Shown here: one piece after another, positions 12,101-15,331 of the stretch
Numbering within the stretch: position 1 is the stretch's first letter
Layout of the letters: each line of letters starts with the position of its first letter
Source: Azolla caroliniana
Taxonomy: Eukaryota > Plantae > Polypodiophyta
Assembly: GCA_043228905.1 (NCBI GenBank)
Contig: JBHGNT010000803.1
Coordinates: forward strand, 1 to 15,331
Reading direction: 5' to 3'
Length of the DNA stretch: 15,331 bases
The notes under the pieces: generated by a model
Seen by the model: only the letters and a program-made list of their open reading frames with translations
The model's database searches: none
Told to the model about the DNA's origin: nothing
Translations under genes and position numbers: made by a program

Positions 12101-15100
12101 GTGATAAATGCGCTATAATTATTTATGCAGGAATTAAGTAATTCTACAGGAAATATATTAGATAATGAAGAGCTATTAAACACTTTGGAAGGTGCAAAGT
12201 CAAAAGCATCTGAAATCTCTCAAAAGCTTGGCCTTGCACGTGAAACAGCTAAAGAGATTGAGCAGGTAGACTCTTTAGAATTTTTCTGTTATTATTAAGC
12301 CGTTACTGAATCCTAATACAAAATATTATGGAAACTTACCAACTGAAACTCAAATGTTCATCTTTTTATGCAGCTCCGACTCCGTTATTCTCCTGCAGCA
12401 AAAAGGGGGACGATTCTTTTCTTTGTCATGTCCTCACTATCTGCAATTAACAATATGTATGAGTATTCCCTCTCTTCTTTTCTTCGAACTTTCCAAATGT
12501 CACTTGAGACGAGTAAACAAGATCCAACACTTGAAGGTCGATTGCGAAGCATTGTGGACGCCCTCACTTTTGATGTGTACAATTACACATGCACTGGACT
12601 ATTTGAAAAGCATAAGTTAATGCTTTCTTTCCAGATGACAATAAGTATCGCAGATGGTGAAGGCCACCTCAATCGGCAGCATTTGGAATTTTTTTTGAAA
12701 GGGAATCTGTCCTTGGAGAAGGCAAAAAAAACAAAACCATATGACTGGATCCCTGACCAAGGCTGGCAAGACATTGTGCAGATGATAACCTTAGGTCCGC
12801 AGTTCGTTACCGTTGGAGAACACCTAGAGAAAAATGAATCTAGTTGGAGAACATGGTATGAGCAGGAAAAACCAGAAGAATTCCCCCTTCCTGGAGGATT
12901 AAGTGAAAAGCTAAAGACCTTAGAACAATTGCTTGTACTCCGTTGTTTCCGAATCGATAGGATCACTGTTGCTCTTACGGTGAATAACTAAACCAAAATA
13001 TAAGTTTATTTTTATTTTTTATGAATGCATATATTGTTTGAGAAAATTAGTATGAATTCTTCTGGAAGAGTAGTCTTTTAGAGAACGAATTCTCATGGAA
13101 GAGTATTTTTTTAGAGGACGAATTCTTATTGAAGGGTATATGGTTCTCAGATAACGGTAATTGACCTGAACTTTGTTTGTTGCGAGAAGTTGACTAGGCA
13201 TATACATTGCCAGGGCATTCAGGAGCATGGAAAAGAGGGCCAGCTTGTAGCATTCTTTCTTCATACGGAATCTTATAGAGATTAGCTCTAAGTAACCATT
13301 TTCCTTACTTGCCTAACATTCTGGCAGTCGAAGTAGTTTAGACATATGAAGACTATCAATCAAGCAGAAGGAAGTTACTGAAGTAGTTATTGATCCTATC
13401 CTGAATCAGAAAAACTAGACTTCATGTGTTATGTCTGTTTGAAGAGTGTCTTAGATGTACTCCTTGGGTGTTCCATCCGTGAAGTACGAAGCTTCCAAGC
13501 TACATACTGCATCTTCTTTAAATGAACTAGTGCATGATTGAAATCACCAAAATGAAATTTAGCCCTCCAATGAGCTTTCAAATATTTGAACTGAAGTTAG
13601 CAGCACCATAATAAGATTACAGTTATTTGGCAAATGATTATTGAGTTTCTTACTTCATTTTATTAATGCACTTTTTGCAGAAATATGTGATGGAGCAACT
13701 GGGTGAAAAGTATGTTACTCCACCAATGCTCGATTACCAGAATATCCACAAACAGAGTTCTCCTTTTACTCCCGTTGTCTTTATTCTAAGCCCAGGAGCG
13801 GATCCAGCATTTGATGTATTCAAGTTAGGAGAGGAAATGGGCTTCAAAGCAGGTACAAAACTCAAATACATGGCACTTGGTCAAGGAATGGGTCCAAAAG
13901 CCCAAGAGACCCTTGAAGGTGGAGCTGCTCGTGGTCTTTGGGTCATGTTACAAAATTGTCACCTACTTCCTTCGTGGCTTAAAACTTTAGAAAAAATATT
14001 AGAGAAGCTTCAAAAACCTCATGTAGACTTCAGACTCTGGTTGACCACGGAGCCAACTTCCGTTTTTCCACTTGGAGTATTGCAAAGAAGTCTGAAAGTT
14101 GTAACTGAACCACCAAATGGACTCAAATTGAACATGAGATCGTCGTATGCAAAAATTAGTGAAGAGATGCTTTGTGATTGCCCCCACTGGGCTTTTCGAA
14201 CTCAGGTATGTACAATAACATTGAATTCTATTGTTTATAAAACAAAATTTGAAAAGTTACACTCTTTCGTTCAAGAGTATTTTGATTGACATGATAAAAT
14301 TACCTAGATCACTGAATTGGTTGACCCTGACTTCCTATCAGAAATGATGCATTTTTCGAGCCAGTCAAAAAGCCATTTGAAACATAATGGCAGAAATTTA
14401 CAGGACATTTTCATAATTTTATTGCCTCAACTATAAAGGGGGATAGCCAAAGAAGAGGGATAACGCTCTCTAGGCATCCAATTATTAGCAGGAGAAACTA
14501 AATTCACTGCCAGCATAATTCTAGCACCCACTGGCACATCTTGTGGACAAGTCGAAAACCAGATTTCGTTTCATATGAATAGCATGGTTATTGATCCAAC
14601 GGACAAAGTTGTCTCATTTATATTGAGTATATGACCATTATAATTTCAATTTATAAAACTTTGATTAAAGGAGCAACACTCAGTATGGCCATATATAACC
14701 AGGAGAAATGTTCATGTTTATTTAATGTAGTGTAGTATAGATGCTGAGTCATTATCATATTCTTAAACCAAATGTTATCTTCACAATGTCTCAATTTAAC
14801 TCTATTTCAATTAGAGGCCCTGCAAATACACGCAAGTAACATACACAGTTACATTTTGGCTCTGTGCAGGTTTACGTCTTGACATTTTTCCATGCAGTAG
14901 TACAAGAGCGTCGAAAATATGGTAGGCTTGGGTGGAATGTAGCCTATGATTTTAATGAGACAGATTTACGAATCAGGTCCTCATCTTCTTCTATGACACT
15001 CTTTAAGATACGACATTAATTTTATCAAATCTGATCAAATCAATAGATAATAAAACATTCTTTTCAAGGGGAAAATTTTGTCAGAGAATATTTGAAGTTC

Positions 15101-15331
15101 ATTTGATAGAGGGGAATTATTATTATGGAGGTATATTTTTTCATGTTTTAGTCTGGGGTTTGCTTCCTCACCTTTATTATGATCTTTTGTATACAGCCTA
15201 CTATTGATTGCAACATACCTGCAGAAAACATGGGATAATAAGGACGACACCATTCCATGGGGTACTCTTAGATATCTTATTGGTGAAGCCATGTATGGTG
15301 GTCGTGTTTCAGATTCTTTTGACAGGAGAAT
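1..15331 (+). CDS. DNAH10: Axonemal inner-arm dynein heavy chain I1/f alpha-like; internal part of a spliced gene (26 exons, about 5.6 kb coding, both ends outside the window)
   Basis: All exons join in frame through GT-AG introns with no stop or frameshift. Motifs include [87 protein letters not shown] and [14 protein letters not shown] recognise the AAA3 region as DNAH10/DHC1-type from memory; no database search was run. Confidence 0.9.
1378..1579 (+). CDS. DNAH10: Exon 2, AAA2 lid region
   Basis: Acceptor cttaaag|a completes the split Gly; [14 protein letters not shown]...KVSSMQ; donor cag|gtaagg. Confidence 0.85.
1663..1905 (+). CDS. DNAH10: Exon 3
   Basis: aacag|acc; [16 protein letters not shown]...[12 protein letters not shown]; caa|gtaagt. 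Confidence 0.92.
2009..2095 (+). CDS. DNAH10: Exon 4
   Basis: tttcag|cca; [29 protein letters not shown]; cag|gtaaat. Confidence 0.93.
2750..2929 (+). CDS. DNAH10: Exon 5, AAA3 Walker A
   Basis: caacag|gtt; [16 protein letters not shown]...[18 protein letters not shown]; aag|gtatgg. Confidence 0.95.
3081..3223 (+). CDS. DNAH10: Exon 6, AAA3 Walker B
   Basis: ttgaag|gat; [21 protein letters not shown]...GFYDR(G); gg|gtaagt, phase 2. Confidence 0.94.
3387..3591 (+). CDS. DNAH10: Exon 7, AAA3 C-terminal part
   Basis: cctcag|a; [31 protein letters not shown]...ATEIH; donor cat|gtatct is weak, so the 3' end is less certain. Confidence 0.85.
4358..4609 (+). CDS. DNAH10: Exon 8, AAA3 lid
   Basis: ctgcag|gat; [24 protein letters not shown]...[13 protein letters not shown]; cag|gtttca. 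Confidence 0.93.
4708..4977 (+). CDS. DNAH10: Exon 9, start of AAA4 region
   Basis: tttcag|aaa; ARLYEDL...[24 protein letters not shown]; cag|gtaaag. Confidence 0.93.
5118..5423 (+). CDS. DNAH10: Exon 10, AAA4 Walker A
   Basis: tttcag|gga; [16 protein letters not shown]...[24 protein letters not shown]; cag|gtatag. Confidence 0.95.
5801..5956 (+). CDS. DNAH10: Exon 11, AAA4
   Basis: atgcag|ata; [25 protein letters not shown]; atg|gtaaat. Confidence 0.93.
6101..6442 (+). CDS. DNAH10: Exon 12, AAA4 lid and start of stalk CC1
   Basis: aaacag|gta; [17 protein letters not shown]...[15 protein letters not shown]...[13 protein letters not shown]; cag|gtactg. Confidence 0.93.
6601..6674 (+). CDS. 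DNAH10: Exon 13, stalk CC1; not in ORF track
   Basis: ttttag|gtc; [24 protein letters not shown](S); ag|gtatta, phase 2, matches exon 14. Confidence 0.9.
6765..8359 (-). mobile_element. Decayed non-LTR retrotransposon (LINE, RTE/RTEX-like): reverse transcriptase to 3' tail, antisense in intron 13
   Basis: Minus-strand translation with stops and frameshifts gives, in order: [28 protein letters not shown] (8191-8214), [19 protein letters not shown] (8020-8079), [11 protein letters not shown] (7981-8013), YLGV (7888-7899), [25 protein letters not shown] (7142-7174) and EERICQLC (ending 7103). A simple-sequence tail follows at 6765-6790. The clade call is from recall. Confidence 0.92.
8360..8381. 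repeat. (TTTA)4 plus T-run; reads as an (AAAT)n retro-tail on the minus strand
   Basis: Sequence tttatttatttatttatttttt seen directly. Confidence 0.85.
8540..8755 (-). mobile_element. Probable LINE AP-endonuclease N-terminal fragment
   Basis: Minus strand 8710-8603 reads [36 protein letters not shown]. It is preceded by an L-AET-like remnant (about 8727-8745) and followed after a frameshift by HYIWIHI..ELYMVI. This is the usual LxET...GY...GGVA...W order of APE domains. Boundaries are approximate. Confidence 0.6.
8975..9200 (+). CDS. DNAH10: Exon 14, stalk CC1 into MTBD
   Basis: acacag|c; QSTAEVQLK...[35 protein letters not shown]; aag|gttcct. Confidence 0.9.
9284..9415 (+). CDS. DNAH10: Exon 15, MTBD; not in ORF track
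   Basis: tttcag|gtt; [44 protein letters not shown]; cag|gttgta. Confidence 0.92.
9568..9783 (+). CDS. DNAH10: Exon 16, MTBD into CC2
   Basis: aatcag|ata; [21 protein letters not shown]; gag|gtaaat. Confidence 0.92.
9888..10123 (+). CDS. DNAH10: Exon 17, stalk CC2
   Basis: ttccag|ata; [19 protein letters not shown]...[12 protein letters not shown](S); ag|gtacgc, phase 2. Confidence 0.93.
10197..10440 (+). CDS. DNAH10: Exon 18, start of AAA5
   Basis: actcag|c; [10 protein letters not shown]...[29 protein letters not shown]; cag|gtgaat. Confidence 0.94.
11170..11406 (+). CDS. DNAH10: Exon 19, AAA5
   Basis: atgcag|gcg; [10 protein letters not shown]...[33 protein letters not shown]; tgg|gtaaga. 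Confidence 0.94.
11657..11791 (+). CDS. DNAH10: Exon 20, AAA5; not in ORF track
   Basis: tttcag|gat; [45 protein letters not shown]; aca|gtaaga. Confidence 0.93.
11917..12021 (+). CDS. DNAH10: Exon 21, buttress/strut; not in ORF track
   Basis: ttgaag|gtc; [35 protein letters not shown]; cga|gtatgt. Confidence 0.93.
12131..12265 (+). CDS. DNAH10: Exon 22, buttress/strut; not in ORF track
   Basis: atgcag|gaa; [45 protein letters not shown]; cag|gtagac. Confidence 0.93.
12374..12979 (+). CDS. DNAH10: Exon 23, AAA5 lid and extension
   Basis: atgcag|ctc; [13 protein letters not shown]...MYEYSL...[12 protein letters not shown]...[14 protein letters not shown]; acg|gtgaat. Confidence 0.94.
13054..13139. 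repeat. Degenerate 33-bp tandem repeat, about 2.6 copies, in intron 23
   Basis: Units start at 13054 (gaattcttctggaagagtagtcttttagagaac), 13087 (gaattctcatggaagagtatttttttagaggac) and 13120 (gaattcttattgaagggtat). Confidence 0.9.
13681..14205 (+). CDS. DNAH10: Exon 24, AAA6
   Basis: ttgcag|aaa; [12 protein letters not shown]...ALGQGMG...[10 protein letters not shown]...FRLWLTTEP...EPPNGLKLN; cag|gtatgt. Confidence 0.95.
14870..14976 (+). CDS. DNAH10: Exon 25, AAA6 lid; not in ORF track
   Basis: gtgcag|gtt; [35 protein letters not shown](S); ag|gtcctc, phase 2. Confidence 0.9.
15197..15331 (+). CDS. DNAH10: Exon 26 (3'-partial), AAA6 lid; not in ORF track
   Basis: atacag|c; [36 protein letters not shown]. 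Confidence 0.92.

Noticed and set aside
13054-13139. CRISPR array
   Set aside because: Units are contiguous with no unique spacers, are degenerate, and lie in a eukaryotic intron
13240-13280. Minus-strand KIPYEER resembling the LINE C-terminal Cys motif
   Set aside because: The flanking IExGR and CxxC residues are absent, and the match is too short to call
1406-14289. Reading the many short plus-strand ORFs as an operon or a fragmented pseudogene
   Set aside because: Every break is flanked by GT and AG with matching phase, giving one continuous frame
1533-15292. Minus-strand ORFs of the track (for example 5318-5614, 8960-9187, 11103-11453, 12583-12966, 15035-15292)
   Set aside because: Short antisense shadows of dynein exons or random intronic frames

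Overview
This is eukaryotic genomic DNA, not prokaryotic. The whole window lies inside one large plus-strand spliced gene encoding the motor domain of an axonemal dynein heavy chain. Its motifs best fit inner-arm dynein I1/f alpha (DNAH10, Chlamydomonas DHC1-type). I reconstructed 26 coding exons (first and last cut by the window) joined by 25 GT-AG introns into one open frame of about 1,868 codons, running from late AAA2 through AAA3, AAA4, stalk/MTBD, AAA5, buttress and AAA6. Eight exons are missing from the supplied ORF track. The 2.3 kb intron 13 holds a decayed antisense non-LTR retrotransposon (RTE/RTEX-like) with a mosaic layout: an endonuclease fragment, an internal tailed segment, then an RT lacking YADD, a Cys motif and a second tail. 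Intron 23 has a 33-bp tandem repeat. The host is probably a land plant with flagellated sperm such as a fern (inference). I found no convincing novel biological system. The best leads are the LINE mosaic, a splice junction that regenerates its own donor, and a complete absence of phase-1 introns.
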